Positions 41,201 to 53,572 of a DNA stretch of 64,000 nucleotides are shown here, one piece after another (position 1 is the stretch's first letter; every line of letters begins with the position of its first letter). The notes under the pieces were generated by a model. The model was not told the origin of the DNA. It was given only the letters and a program-made list of their open reading frames with translations, and did no database searches. The stretch is from positions 2,709,151 through 2,773,150 of the forward strand of contig CAJINV010000007.1 of NCBI GenBank assembly GCA_905178155.1, written 5' to 3'. The DNA comes from Amoebophrya sp. A120. Taxonomy: Eukaryota; Protista; Dinoflagellata. The translations under genes were made by a program, and so were the position numbers.

Positions 41201-44200
41201 ACCCGAGATTGGTGGGCAACCCCGGAATGGTCGCTGCGTAGGCCGTGATGTAGTCGGAGTACAGCCCGTACTGCGATCTAGCGACGTTGCGCGCGGACAC
41301 GCGGTAGATGTACATGCCGCCGGTGGTGAGATTGGTCGAGTCCGAAAACGCCTGGGTGGACGCATTCGTGTCGGAAAGGAAAATGAAGCCATTGCCCTCG
41401 TCCCTCTCGATCCGATACCCCTCCATCATGGCACAGCCGGTTTCGAAGGGGATGTCCCAGGCCAAATCCACCTGCGAGGCGGTGGACGACACCACCCGCG
41501 CGTTCGCCGGCTGGGTGGGCGTGATCGCTAAATTCGCGGTCGCAACGTCGGATAAAGGCCCCTCGCCGATCGAGTTGAGAGCGGAAACCTGCGCTCGGTA
41601 CGAGCGACCGCAGGTGAGGCCAGATTGCGTGAACTGCGTCACCGAGGGCGCACCAACACCGTCATACACCAGATGCAACGACGGGTCGTTCAGCCCGTTG
41701 TCCATGTAGAGCCGGTACCCGTTTAACGCCGCACCACCCTGGAAGTTCACGTCCAGCGGCTGCCAGTTCCACGTGAGCGAGGAAATTGTCGACGCGGAGA
41801 TCGACAAAGCTTGCGGCGCCTGCGTGGGCGGCGTGCCGACAATGTGGGCCTTCACATTCGAATACGGCGAAATCCCGGCGTTGTTCTGGGCCGCCACGCG
41901 GAACTGGTAAATCTTGCTCGGTTGGAGTTGCGCGATTTCCACGGCCAGCTGCGTGTTATCCGGGTTCGGCTGCACGGTGGTCCAGTTGCTGAAAGTGGGT
42001 TCGATCGCGTACTGAACGATGTAGTTCGTGATCGGCTCACCACCATCCGCAAGGGGCGGGTCGTAGGACACCTGCACGGTGTCCGCCGAGACCACCGTCG
42101 CGGTGCTGTTCGCGGACACCCGCACTAACGCCGCACTGACGTCGACATTTCTCGGCTCCGAGGGTTCGACGGACATGATCGCGTACACGATGTCGGAAGG
42201 CGGCCCTTGTCCGGCCGCGGACACCCCGAGCACGTACGCGCGGTAGATCCGCCGCGAAACGAGTTTGACCGCCGTGTACTCCGTGGTGTGCGGCTTGTAG
42301 AATCCGTCGTAGACCCGGGAAAAGCTACCACCGAGACCATCGTCCATCCACAACTCGTACCCGAGAATCGCGTTCGGATCTTTGCTGCCGACGTTGATCT
42401 CCCCGACCAGTTTGTCCCACGTGTACCGAATGCTGCTCGCGTCGACCGGCGCGCCTTCCAAGTTCAAAACTTTCGACGGCAGAGACGCAATCGGGACGAA
42501 GAGCGCGGCGGACTCCCCGGAGTAGACGCCGAGGCAATTCTTCCCCTTCACGGTGAACTTGGGTCGGGACGCACAGGTGAGACCCGTGAACGAAGCGGAG
42601 GTGACCGTGGCGTCGACTTCCGTTGGCCCGTTCGCCGGTGCGAGGGCTCCGTCCATCAGAATTTCGTACTTCTCCATGGCGCACCCGCCGGTGTCCCGCG
42701 GCGCGGTCCAGCGGAATCGAACCTGTGCCGTGCCGGCCGTGGTCCCGCACAGCGAGTCGACGAGGACCGGCGTCCCGACCTGCCCCGGTTGCTGGATCGT
42801 CAAAAAATCCGCCGCTTCGGAAAGATCCGATTCCCCGACCTGATTGGTCGCGGAGACCTGGAACCGGTAATTTTTGAAGGTCAAAAGGTTCATCGAGATG
42901 TACTCCAGCGCCGCGCCTTTGAACACCGGCGTGACCGGATCGCCAATACCGCCGTTGCGGTACAAAGTAAAGGAGGTAATGTCACTGCCTCCGTTGTCCG
43001 GCGGCGCGAGCCACTTCACGGTGATGGAGTCCCTGGACTGGGAAACCAAAGTCGGCGCCAAGGGCCGGGTCGGCCTCCCCGCGACTAGAAACGAAGCTAC
43101 AACGGACCCAACGGATTCCCCGACCGGGTTCAACGCAACTACCTTGTACCGGTACGTCCTGCCCGCGACCACGTTCGTGTCCGTGTAAACGGACACACTG
43201 GGGTCGACGGAGAGCCAGGGCGACAGCAACCCGTTCTGCCCGTCGTCCTTGTACAGCTGCAACCCGGTGATGGCCGCGCCACCGTTGTCCACCGGGTAGA
43301 ACAGATTGAACTCGATTTTCGGGATCGGCGACGCGGACGAGGACCGCAACGTCGGCGCCGGGGGCTTGCCCGGCACACTCGCGATCGGCACCGGGCCCAA
43401 AACATTTGACGGCGTGCACCCGACGCCGTTGCAAATGTCCAGGTAGAAGTGGTACGACCGGCCGGTGACCAGGTTCGAGAACTCGTACTGGTTGCCCAAG
43501 TCGGTCACGGACACCTTGTCCGAGAACGCCCCGAGGGAACTGGACGTGGGCAGACTGTCCACGTGGATGTAGTCCCCGCCGAGCCCGTCGTCGCGGTACA
43601 TCTTGAAGCCGGTAATCGGGATTTTGTCCAGCACCGTATCCGTGACGGACCACCGGACGATCACCGAGGTCTTCGTGAACGAGTTCGCCTGGATCTGCAA
43701 GTTTGTCACGGGGGCCGGGGACTGCGCGGTGTAGAACCGGGAAATGTGGCCCTTCGGACTCGGCAGCGTGCAGTAGTCCGTGGAGGGCGGACAGAGGTAG
43801 CTGGTTCCCGCACACACCGTGGTGTCGTACCCTTGGCCACCGCACACCGGCGGCATCAGCCCGTCACCCGGGCAGGCGGCGTGGGCCTGGACTTGGAACT
43901 GGTACAAGGCGTTCTTCTTCGTCAAACCGTCAATTGTGTAGTCGGTTTTCGCCCCGTTACAGATCTCGATCTTGTTGGACAGCGGCGAGCCGTCCTCGCC
44001 GTCGTTGTACCACACCGTGTACTTCGTGATGAAACTCCCGCCCAAACTCGGCGGCGGGTCCCAGGAAATCGTCACCGACGCTGCGGTCGACTGGAGCAAC
44101 TTCGGCTTCGACGGCGCCATGGGGTTCACCGCCGCGAGGAACTTCGCGACCGAGCTGCGGCTGCCCTCCCCCGCGCGGTTGATGGCGGAGACCTGGTAGC

Positions 44201-47200
44201 GGTAGCGCAGCCCGGGGGTCAAACCCGCGTGGAGGAACTCCCTTTTCGACGGCGCGCCCAGCCCGTCGAAGATCAGTTGCGGCACGTCGTCCACGCCGGT
44301 GTTCGCGTACAGCCGGTAGCCGGTGACCGCGTCGCCCCCGTTCTCGATGTCCGAAATCACCGCGCCCCAGAAGATCTTGATGCTCGTCGCCTCGGTCGGG
44401 TCTTCCCGCTGGATCGCGGACAGGGGGGGCGGGTTCGGCGGGTCGGCGCCCTTGAAGATCGTGAACCCGGAGACGTCGGAGAGATTCAAGTCATCCACGC
44501 CGTTCAAAGCCAGCACCCGGTACTTACAGAGTCTGTTCGGGCACTTCACCTCGTTCGCGATCGTGTCGTCCGCGCAGGTGTGCATGTCGGGGGGCAGGGT
44601 GGAAATGTAGCTCCCCGACCCGTAGATGCAGTCCACCGTGCCGAACTCGTTCGCGTCGACCCGCGACCGCTGCACCACATACCCGGTGACCGGCGTGCCG
44701 CCATTGTTGGTCGGGGGCTTCCACTGCAAGGTGATCACCGACCTCGTTGCGGAGTACAAAGTTGGCGGATCGGGCGCGTACGGCCGTCTGGCGCACACGC
44801 GCGACAGTTGGGACGATCTCAACGACACCCCGGCGTCGGAGATCGCTTCCAATTGGAAATCGTAGATCATGCCGGTTTGCCCGCCCGCTAGGGTGTACAC
44901 CAGCTGCCCCACGTTCCCCGTTCCGTCGTACAGCAACGCCCCGTTCGCGTACAGCAAAAAACCGGTCACCGGAATGGTACTGGGTGGGGCCGCCCACGCC
45001 ACCGTGATGGTGGTCTCCGTCGAGGCCACCGCGGCCAGTTCGCAGCTACACCCGCCGGCCGCGCACCCCGCGGGGAGAATCGCGGAACTGGTACAGACTC
45101 GGGGCGTGTCCGGCACCGCCGCCGCAACCAAGGTGGACTCCGGCGAGTAGTACACGACGCCAACCGGGGTCTGAACCTCGTTGATCGCGTAGATGCGGTA
45201 CTGGTAGCTCTTCTGCGCAGTGATCGCCGCGTCGTCCAGCCAGAAGGTGTTGGTGTAACCGGTGACCGCTGCGGTCAAGTCCGTCCACGTCTGCCCCTGG
45301 TTCGCCGACCGCTCGATCACGTAGTCGAGTATGCATTGAAAGAAGTTTCGTACTTACTGCTCGTAGTAAGTGCAATGCTCGTAGTAAGAAAGTGCAATCG
45401 TGCAAGACAAATCTTTGGCTCCTCTGGTATAAACCAGTGTGAGCGTGTACTGAAGATTTGTCCACTTTATCAAGATTTGTCAACATGCAGGCACTCGTCC
45501 GAGAAGCAAGCACGATGCTTTCGCATTCCATATCGATGATGGGCGACCCATTGTCGTCCGGCGCGGTCCAGAGCAAATAGATCTGCTTGATCGAGGTCTG
45601 GTACGGGTCGGCGTAGGGCCGGCCCGGCCTCCCCGGTTTCGACGCGGCTAAGACGTCCAAACTCGTAATCGTCATCCCGCCATCCCCCGTCGGGTTCACG
45701 GCGACGACTTTGAAACGGTACGTCGCCCCGCGGACCAACGCGGTCGAGCCGTCGGCGTTCTTGGGGGAATACGCGTATTCGAGAACCGAGGACTGCTTGG
45801 ACCCGTCGTACACCAGGTTCGTGATCGGCCCGCCGGCCCCGTCGTCGACAAGCACCTTGTACCCGCTGATGCCCGCAATCCCGGTGTATGTCGGCGCCCG
45901 CCACTTCACGTGGATGGTCGTGGGCGATTGCGACAAAATCGATTCGGTCCCCGGGTACCAGAGCGGCGGTCCGGGGCGGTCGGAGGCGATCAAGGTGACC
46001 CGCTCCGACCGGGGGCCGGCGCCGGCCGCGTTGACCGCGGACACCGCGAACCGGTAGACCCGGCCGGCGATCAACCCGGAACGCCACAGGTACGTCTGGT
46101 CACCGCTGGGCGTGTCCCAGGTGGTCTCCACCGTGCCGTCGTCCTGGTAGACCCGGTAGGCCGTCAAGGAAGTGGACCCAATGTCCGTGACCGGGTCCCA
46201 CTCGATGGAAATGTCGTTGTCCGTCTGCCACAGGGTGGGGTGCCGCCGTAAGTTCTGCGGCGCTTCCTGCGGCGGAATGAACTCGCAGCACCGGGCCTGC
46301 ATCTCCAACGAGAACGGCGACCAGCCGACCACGGTTGCGTACTTGACCTGAAACACGTAGGTGCGGCCGACGATCAACCCGTAGAGCGTAACGGTCTTCG
46401 GCAGCGCGTCCAGCCCGACGTCCTTGAACGCATCGTGGTCGACGTTTCCCTGCATGATGATGTCCGCGGTGCCGCCCAGCCCGTCGTTCCGGCGCAGCTC
46501 GTAGAACAGAATCTTCGAGCGGCCCGTGTTGTCGTAGCCGACCGGCGGATCAAGCCTGAGAACCAACGACCCGGAAATGGTCTCCGCGCCGGTCAGCTGC
46601 GGCGCGACCGGACGGGTGGGCAGAATGGCGGGCTGGATGGTGATCTCGTAGGGGTCGGACTCCGTGAACTCGTTGCGGGTCACGAGCCGGTACTTGTACA
46701 ACGTCGTGGCGTCCAGACCCGTTTCCGTCCAGGTGTAAACACTGGGGTCGTCCGAGGACCATTTCAGCATGAAGTTGTCGTCTCCACCGCCGCCGTTCCG
46801 GAAAATCCGGTAGCCCATGATGTTCACGCCGCCGGAATCCAAGGGCGGGATCCACCGCAACTCCGCCGTGTTCCAGTACGGGTTGTCGCGGTAGAACGCC
46901 TCCGGCGGACCCGGCTTGTCCCACACCAGAAACGGTTTCGGAAAGTTTCCGATCCGGAGCTTGCTGTGGAAGAAGTTCTGGCCCGGGACCGCCTGCCGCG
47001 GGATCCCGCCCGTCGGGTTTTCCCACTCCAAAATCAGCCGCGCGTCGCCCGTCACCTCGCGGAACATCACCTGCACGTGGTAGAGCCGCTCCAAGGTCAT
47101 GTAGATCGGCTGCACTTGGATCACGCCCGCGTCGTCGCTGGACACGACCAATTTCTCGTCGATCCAGAGCTTCGCGGAGTTGTCGAAGGTGAGGTAGAAC

Positions 47201-50200
47201 GTGTAGAAACCAACCGTCGGCACCGACATGTACCCGTCGAAGTTGGCTGACACCATGTCCGCCGCCTCGCCGGAAACGAGCCCGGTTCCCCAGTTGAAGT
47301 TCACTTGCGAGTCTACTGTCAGCGCAGACGCGTTGCCCTGCATCCACAGATTGTTGAAGTACCTCCCGTTGATCCCGCCCTGCTTTAGCACGAAGCAGTC
47401 CGCCTGGTAATCGCCCGTCACGTGCGTCGAGTCGATTTTGAAGTTCATCTCGAACTCGCCCGGCCAGCCCTCGAGCTGCTTCACCTCGAAGGGGATGATT
47501 TCCGAGTTGATAATCGTGTTCACCGACCGCCGGCCCGCGGCCTCACACACCATCTGGATCGTGTCGTCCTGGTTCGCCTTGTTGTTAAACTCGTCCTTTG
47601 CGGCGAACGTGACCCGGTAGGACTTGTCGCGCTGGATCCGTTGGAAGAAGGTGGTGTGGGAAAAGGAGTACACCCGTCTGGACGTCGGGTCCACATTCTT
47701 CGGCGTGATGATGATGGGGTAAATGCCCGGCGGCTTCGCGTTCACCGACATCCCGTTCACGTACACCTGGACTTCGTAGGTGCGCGCGATGAAAAACTCG
47801 TACCGGCATTCAAAAACACCCAGCCCCATGTCGTAGCACAGAATCTCCGGACGGGACGTGCCGACATCCTGCCCCTCGGAAATCTGCGTCGGGTTGTTAT
47901 TGCTGTCGCGGAGCGTCACGTTGAACCGGCCCATGGACCCCGCTTGCGCGCCGTTCAACCCGTCGCCCTCCAGCAAGGAGTTCGTCGGACTCGGCTCGCC
48001 GGGGAAGATGTTCACGTAGGTGATTTGCTGCAAGTTATTATTGTTGATCGTCACATACAGCCGCTTCCCCGAGCCAGACTGTAAGGGCGAAAACACCACC
48101 TCGTACACGCCGAAGACCGTGGCGTGGTGGTAAAAGGTCAGGGGGGTGGGTGGGGACGTGTCGATGTACCCGGACAGGGGGAGTTGCGAGGCGGACGACC
48201 TTAAATTCCCGAACGCGTCCTTCGTGTGCAGGTAGTACGTGTTCTGCGTCCCCGCCTGCGCGCTGGTCACGTCAATCGAGCACAAGCCGTCGTCCGTCAA
48301 CGAGGGCACGCCCTCCCGCGGCATACAAACCAACGAGACGGACGACGCCTCCGCCGGGATGCACAGCGTCGTGGTGTCCTTCGGTAGGATGTTCAGCGGG
48401 TAGAGGAAGCAGTAGTCCGGGATCAGCTGGTCCTGGAAACCGGTGGAGGACCAGTACAGCCGGATGTACGCCGTGCCCGCCTGGTGCCGGTAGTGCACCT
48501 CGATGGGCACCGGGGCGTTCTGCGTCAGGAACACCTGCGCGCGCTCGGACACCGCGGACGTGGAGGTCCAACGGTTGATCACCATCTTGCCGTCGATCAT
48601 GACCGCGCAAGCGTAGTCCGCCTCGATTCGGATGACGTGCGTGCCGGTCGCAATCGGCAGCAGCATCCCCGTCCATTTCACCGAGAAGTAATCTTCCGGG
48701 GAATTTTCCACCGGCTCGCCCGGCCACACAAAGTTCACCTGCTTGTCCACCTGGGTGTACTCCGTGACTGCGTCGCCCTTGTGATTGGTGTCGGAGGCCA
48801 GCGCGATCAGGCTCTCGAAACCCGGCGCGCGGTAGTAGAACGCGAGCAGACCCCCTGGCGCCTGCAGGCGGGTGACCAGGGAGTACGTGCCCTGCGCTTG
48901 CAGGGTCAGCAACACGTCGTACTGCTTGCTGACCTGGTTGAAAGCCGCCTGGTTCTCCATGGTGTAAAACGGGGGCTGCATAAACCGGGCCTCGCCAAGG
49001 ACAAACAACCCCGGGGTCGTCAACCGGTTCCCAAATCGGTCGTTCACGTCGCAGGGCAACTTGGTCGGAGTCCCAGCTTCGATGGTCGCCGGCACGTAGC
49101 ACTGCGACCCCTCGGCGTGCGGCGGGCCGGCATTGACGAGGAGGCCAGTGACGGGGGACTGGAAGATCTGTTTCCCGTCCGCGACAACCTCGAGCGTCAC
49201 GTTGGACGCAGCCTTGTTGGATCCCACCATCAGGGTGTACCTGGGGCGAGGAGGAGTAGTTTTTTATTGCCAAAGAATGCGAGTATTAGATAGATTTCGT
49301 TTTAGAGCGTTCTTTCGAATAAATGACTTGTCGTGCACTCATGACGTTGAACTACTTGATGAAAGAGTTGAAAGCACTAGGTAGTGTAGTAGAACTTCTG
49401 ATGCAAACCATACGGAAGTCCCAAAAATCAGATTTGTTGCCGACACACATATAAAACAAAGTACGTTCCGTTGTTATTGTTCACGTAGGTGACCGGTTGT
49501 CCGCCCATGGTTGCGGTGAAGCTGGACAGTGTCGGGGGCGCGATCAGTTCGTTGTTGTAGACGTCCTTCCACTGCAGCAACACCGGCTGCACGGTGCCCG
49601 CGATGTAGCTCTGCGGCAGCGCCACCAGCGTGGAGCTCCCCGCGTTGACCGTGCCGGGCAGGACGTTGATCGGGAAGGGACCCTGCGTGATCACGGTTTT
49701 GTTGCCCACCACATCGATGCGGGACACGTCCACGTCCATCACTTTGATGGACACGAACCGGTTGCTCCCCGCAAAGGTCGGCTTGATCAGGCACTCGTAC
49801 ACCCCGCGGAGCGTGTTGCACACGTCGCTCGTGCCGTCGTTGCAGCCCTTGTAGTTCGAGCACACCTGGGAGTCCACCTGCTCCGTGATGGGGATGGTCT
49901 GCAGCGTGACCGTCGGGGGCGTGAAGATCGGGGTCGTCAACGCGTTCCCGAACGCGTCGCGGAGCTGCACCAGCACCGACAGGTCGGTGCCCGCCTGGTG
50001 GCTCGCGGGGGGCGAGTTGGCCGCGGTCCGGCACTTGGGCGCGTAGGGCACCTCCTCGTTGCGCGCGCGGACGAGGCTGTAGGTTTCGGCCGTGTAGCCG
50101 CGGAGGGAGAAGGGGGAGCCCTTGATGTTCACCCCCGCCACCTTCACGTACATCTTGTACGAACCTTCTCGCAACGCGATGTAGGTCAAGCGGTACACGC

Positions 50201-53200
50201 CGGCGCCCTGGTAGATCGCGCGCCCGAAGAACTGCGTCCCAAACTCCGTGTTCAGCAGCGTGGTGTCGTCCGTCAGCTGCACGCCCGGCGCGCCCGACAC
50301 GTAGGTGAGCCACTCCAGGGCCGCGGTCACTTCCAGGGTGGCGTCGTCCAGCACATTCTGGTTCGCGTCCTTGACCGTGACGTCGAAGGTCTGCTCCGTG
50401 CCGGCGATGAACTGGGTCGTGCCCAAGCCGGTCGCGTCCGTCTGTGCCGCGGACACCCGCCCGGCGCCCGCGATCAGCTTGTACGGCGACCCGTCCAACG
50501 GGACGCCGCCCAGCGTGATGCGGACTTCGTACTCCCCCTGGACCTGCAGCAGAAAAAACACGATGTACAAACCGTCCTTCGCGTCCGAGTTCACCGGTTT
50601 GCTGTTCACCACCAGGTTCGCCGACGCGATGGGCCCGACAAACGCGACCTCGAAACTGTCGGTGTTGGTGTTGATGTTGTTTCCGGCCCGATCCTTCGCC
50701 TGAATGTAAAAAAACCGCTCGACGCCACAGTTCACCGCGGACAGGTAGGTGCCGTAGGCCTCGGACCGGCGCGCGTCGACGATCCCGACGGAAACGTCGA
50801 TGTCCGTGGGAACGCCGTTGATGTACAGTGCCTTGTACAGCCTCTATGCATTGCAAAAGTAGTGTGATGTCGCACTACCACTACTACAAATTTTTGCACG
50901 ACAATTTTTTGACCCGCCGAAACATTTTATGCAGCAGGTTCGAATTCGGGTGAGAAAGCAAATGCAAATCTGTGAAGATCATGCAAGAATGCTTGCTTCT
51001 ACGAGCCGGCGACCTAATCACTTTTGTTTTCAGAACGTAGCCGGTCTTCGGGCACGATCTGGCGCGGCGTAGAGAAGGAGGCGTAGGAAAACCGAGCGGT
51101 GGCGTTGCCGGAGACCTCCTTGTACTCCAGCCGGATGGGCACGTAGGTGTTGCGGCGCAACGCGATGGAACCGGAAAACTCCGCCGAGGACTCGCTCCAC
51201 TTGTCAAAGAGTTGCACGTTGTCCACCCACAGCCGCGCGGAGTCGTCGGCCTCCACGTAAAAGGTGTAGGTTTCGTCGTACTCGGGGACCAGGTAACCCG
51301 TCCATCGAACAGAGACGAAGTCGGAGGCGTAGCCCGCCAGCGCGTTCCCGGCCCACTGGAAGTCGACCTTGCCGTCCTGGCGCGTCTCGATCGGCAGCCC
51401 GTAGAACCACTGGTTGTCCCAGTACTGCCCGAGGAGACCACCCAGCTCCAAAGATTGCACGGTGAGCGAAAAAAGCCCCTTCTGCATCAGCGTCACGGTG
51501 ATATCGTAGCTGGATTTTTTTGAATGGGCTAAAATTTCCAGAAGTTCTACTAGCATATCGCTTGGTCACGAGAACGTCTTCGTGATCGTGTCCTTACACA
51601 ACCACAAGCAAGCATTTGCATTTTTTATGTGCAATCTATCGTCACCATGTTATATCATGACTTCCAAAAACATACACAAACAAAAGAATCCAAAAGTAAG
51701 TACGATCCGTCCGTCCTGTCTATCGAAGGCATGCAGCATACGGGTGTGTCCAGCAGGTCCTCGGTTCTGTATTTCGGGTGGTCACTGGTCACGGGCACAC
51801 AGATCTGTCCGGTCACGTCTAGTTCGCAAGGGTTCTGGACGGACAGGATGTAAAACCGGTCCCCTTGCGTCTCGACGTTTCCGGTCAGCGGGTCCACGGA
51901 GCGGACCCGTACCAGGGTTTCCGCGTTGGATTGCGCCGTGCTGGGCACGGACTCCGCCAGGGAGTCCGGGGCCGCCATCATCCGCGCCAGCTGAATGGTG
52001 TTTTCCGAGTTCCCGCTCGTGCCCACGCGGTTCAGTGCGTACACGCGGTACCGGTAGATCGAGGCGGGTAACAGGCCCCGGACCTCGGTTTGAAACACGT
52101 TCGGGTTGCTGGTGCCGTTGTAGAGAACCTTCCAGTTATTCTCGTTGTTCACGTCTTCCATGACGACAAACCCCAACACGGGCGACCCCCGTTCGTCCGG
52201 CATCTGCCACCCGATTCGCACGTCCACGGCCCCGATTTTGGTGAGCGTGGGCCTCTGGTCAATCGTGTACACCGGCACCCCAGCGGACACGTAGGAAACC
52301 ATGTTGGAAAGCGGCCCCGTGTTCCCCACCGCGTCCTTTCCCCGCATGGTAAACCGGTAGTTTCGGTCCACCGCTAAGCCATTCAGTTCTATCTGGTCCA
52401 ACAGATATGCAAGGGAAATGTAATTCATGCGGATCATCTGCCGCGTCGTCCTTTTTCAAGTTCTTTCAGCAGTAGAGAAAAAGCGCATGGTGCAAAGTGA
52501 CAGTGAGAGCAGGCGCACGCAGAGGTACGCTCTTCTTTGCAAAAGACACGTGCCGCTGCAGTACTTCTACCGGCACTGCTCTCCATTTTTCAGATTTAGG
52601 GACAACACCATAGGGCCAACAGCTGCCCAGGGACAACAGCAGAAGCTCCATGCTAAAAAATAAATTTCCGTGTTTCATAAACAACTCCCGGCGTGCACTA
52701 AATTTGAAAGCGCACCGCCCTGCCCATTGTCCATGTCGACCTCGCAACTTGTCGCTTCTCGCGGTGGGTCCAAGCGAAGAACGATTCTGCCGATGTCGGA
52801 CGAGATCAGAATCGGGGGCTTCGCTGGGCCGACTTCGGCTGCAACCGGGGTTGTGAGAAGAAAAGTCGTGGAAAAAAAGAACTGCAGAAGCGCCGCGAGG
52901 AAACAGTAGCCTTTCTTCAAGCTCGAAGGCTTCTTGCTTGTCGTTGGTTTTTGGTTTAAGGAGTGGAATGAAAATGAAAATGGCGCTGTTCTCCTCGTGC
53001 TGGTGTCCGGACGCAAGCACATTTCTTCTATTCTTCTTGGCAACGGCACAGCAGGAATTGATCTCGCCCTGTCTGCACGATGAACTCGGGGGCTGCTCCG
53101 TTGAAATCCTAGTGTTTCCGCTTTTGTGACAGGTCGTGTCTCTGCTCCCGGAAAACTGAGATCGATATCATCTCCGTGGTCGCGAGTTGGACTTCTAGGG

Positions 53201-53400
53201 GATGAGGACGCGGAAGCTACACTTGGATGGTTGCTGGTGCAGCTCTTGGAAAGTGCTCTTGTGCCCGAAGCTCGTGGTGAGCTCTGAAAATAACCAGAGC
53301 TAGTTGCAGGACGATAGTCAGCAACGCAGCCCGGGGTTGGTACCACCAACGGTCGTTCTTGTACAGGAGTAGCAGACGATGGTGGACTCCTGCTCATCAC
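20226..53400 (-). CDS. Giant (~9,300 aa, ~21 exons) FN3-repeat / filamin-repeat / PA14 surface-type protein
   Basis: Dozens of FN3 signatures (W.PP.D.GG.PI.GY...GL..G..Y.F.V.A.N..G). PA14-like segments near 51050-51440, 48430-48850 and 46980-47370. Filamin-like repeats at 47400-50800. Hydrophobic stretch LAALLQFFFSTTFLLTTPVAA (~52835-52900). The ORFs of 241, 260, 180, 435, 1394, 5291, 562, 296 aa and smaller ones splice in frame. Both ends uncertain. Confidence 0.88.
21024..21330. mobile_element. Introner-like non-canonical intron
   Basis: TATC...GATA ends, IR AAGGAAAAATCCCCCCTCCCCATATC, CGGTG duplication. Removal gives KIT|GVQRH. Confidence 0.85.
21385..21690. mobile_element. Introner-like non-canonical intron
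   Basis: TATGG...CCATA ends, ~55-bp imperfect IR (CAGAATCGAAATC...AAAATCGAAAAATTTG), CGAGG/CGATG duplication. Removal gives TYTS|TSDGY. Confidence 0.8.
21767..22018. mobile_element. Introner family B copy
   Basis: TATCAA...TGTCTGGGTCTGGAA IR, TCGCC duplication. Removal gives LVA|NSQYKV. Confidence 0.85.
24182..24492. mobile_element. Introner family B copy (diverged)
   Basis: TAT...TGCAAATAT...GGGTCTGGA termini, CAACC duplication. Removal gives SCGL|PNV. Confidence 0.8.
25877..26124. mobile_element. Introner family B copy
   Basis: TATCAAATGCAAATATGTCATCTGGG terminus, GTTGG duplication. Removal gives NFQ|LGENN. Confidence 0.85.
26650..26909. mobile_element. Introner family B copy with perfect 30-bp TIR
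   Basis: TATCAAATGCAAATATGTCTGGGTCTGGAA at 26650-26679 and its exact reverse complement at 26880-26909, CGTTG duplication. Removal gives LNN|AVLQGY. Confidence 0.9.
29425..29636. mobile_element. Introner-like non-canonical intron
   Basis: TATCGC...GCGATA ends, CATGA duplication. Removal gives YKIFM|KQATNAY. Confidence 0.8.
33290..40190 (-). repeat. ~19 tandem ~120-aa protein repeats (non-FN3, two Cys)
   Basis: Recurrent pattern SNxF..P...GKxWA...C...CxL..G..Y..YVYVED...DG in the 5291-aa ORF. Confidence 0.8.
45330..45532. mobile_element. Introner-like non-canonical intron (degenerate IR)
   Basis: TATG...CATA ends, TCGAG/TCGAT duplication. Removal restores the FN3 motif GSPIID|YVIE. Confidence 0.75.
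52406..52679. mobile_element. Degenerate introner-like intron
   Basis: TATG...CATA ends with weak IR (TATGxAA..GGAAATxTA). Removing the element plus 5 nt gives GSCLDQIELNGL in frame. The duplication has decayed, and a GT-AG alternative exists. Confidence 0.5.
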
Positions 53401-53572
53401 ATCTTCTTGCTGAGCGACCCCGGGATTGCTTCCTCTTACCGTCCTCTGTGGTTCATCATCTACGTTTGAAAATGATGATCCTTTGTTGCTTCTTTTTTCC
53501 GATTCGGCTTTATGGTGTCGGGAAAAAACTTCTGCTTGTCCTCGTCGTATCCTGGCTTTCGGACGGGGGCGG

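Noticed and set aside
29445-45320. 5291-aa ORF as a stand-alone gene
   Set aside because: Both ends fall mid-FN3 domain at introner boundaries; it is one exon of the larger gene.
27800-51600. Many long plus-strand and alternate-frame ORFs (up to 480 aa)
   Set aside because: Shadow ORFs of a GC3-rich coding strand; Arg/Gly-rich with no recognisable domains.
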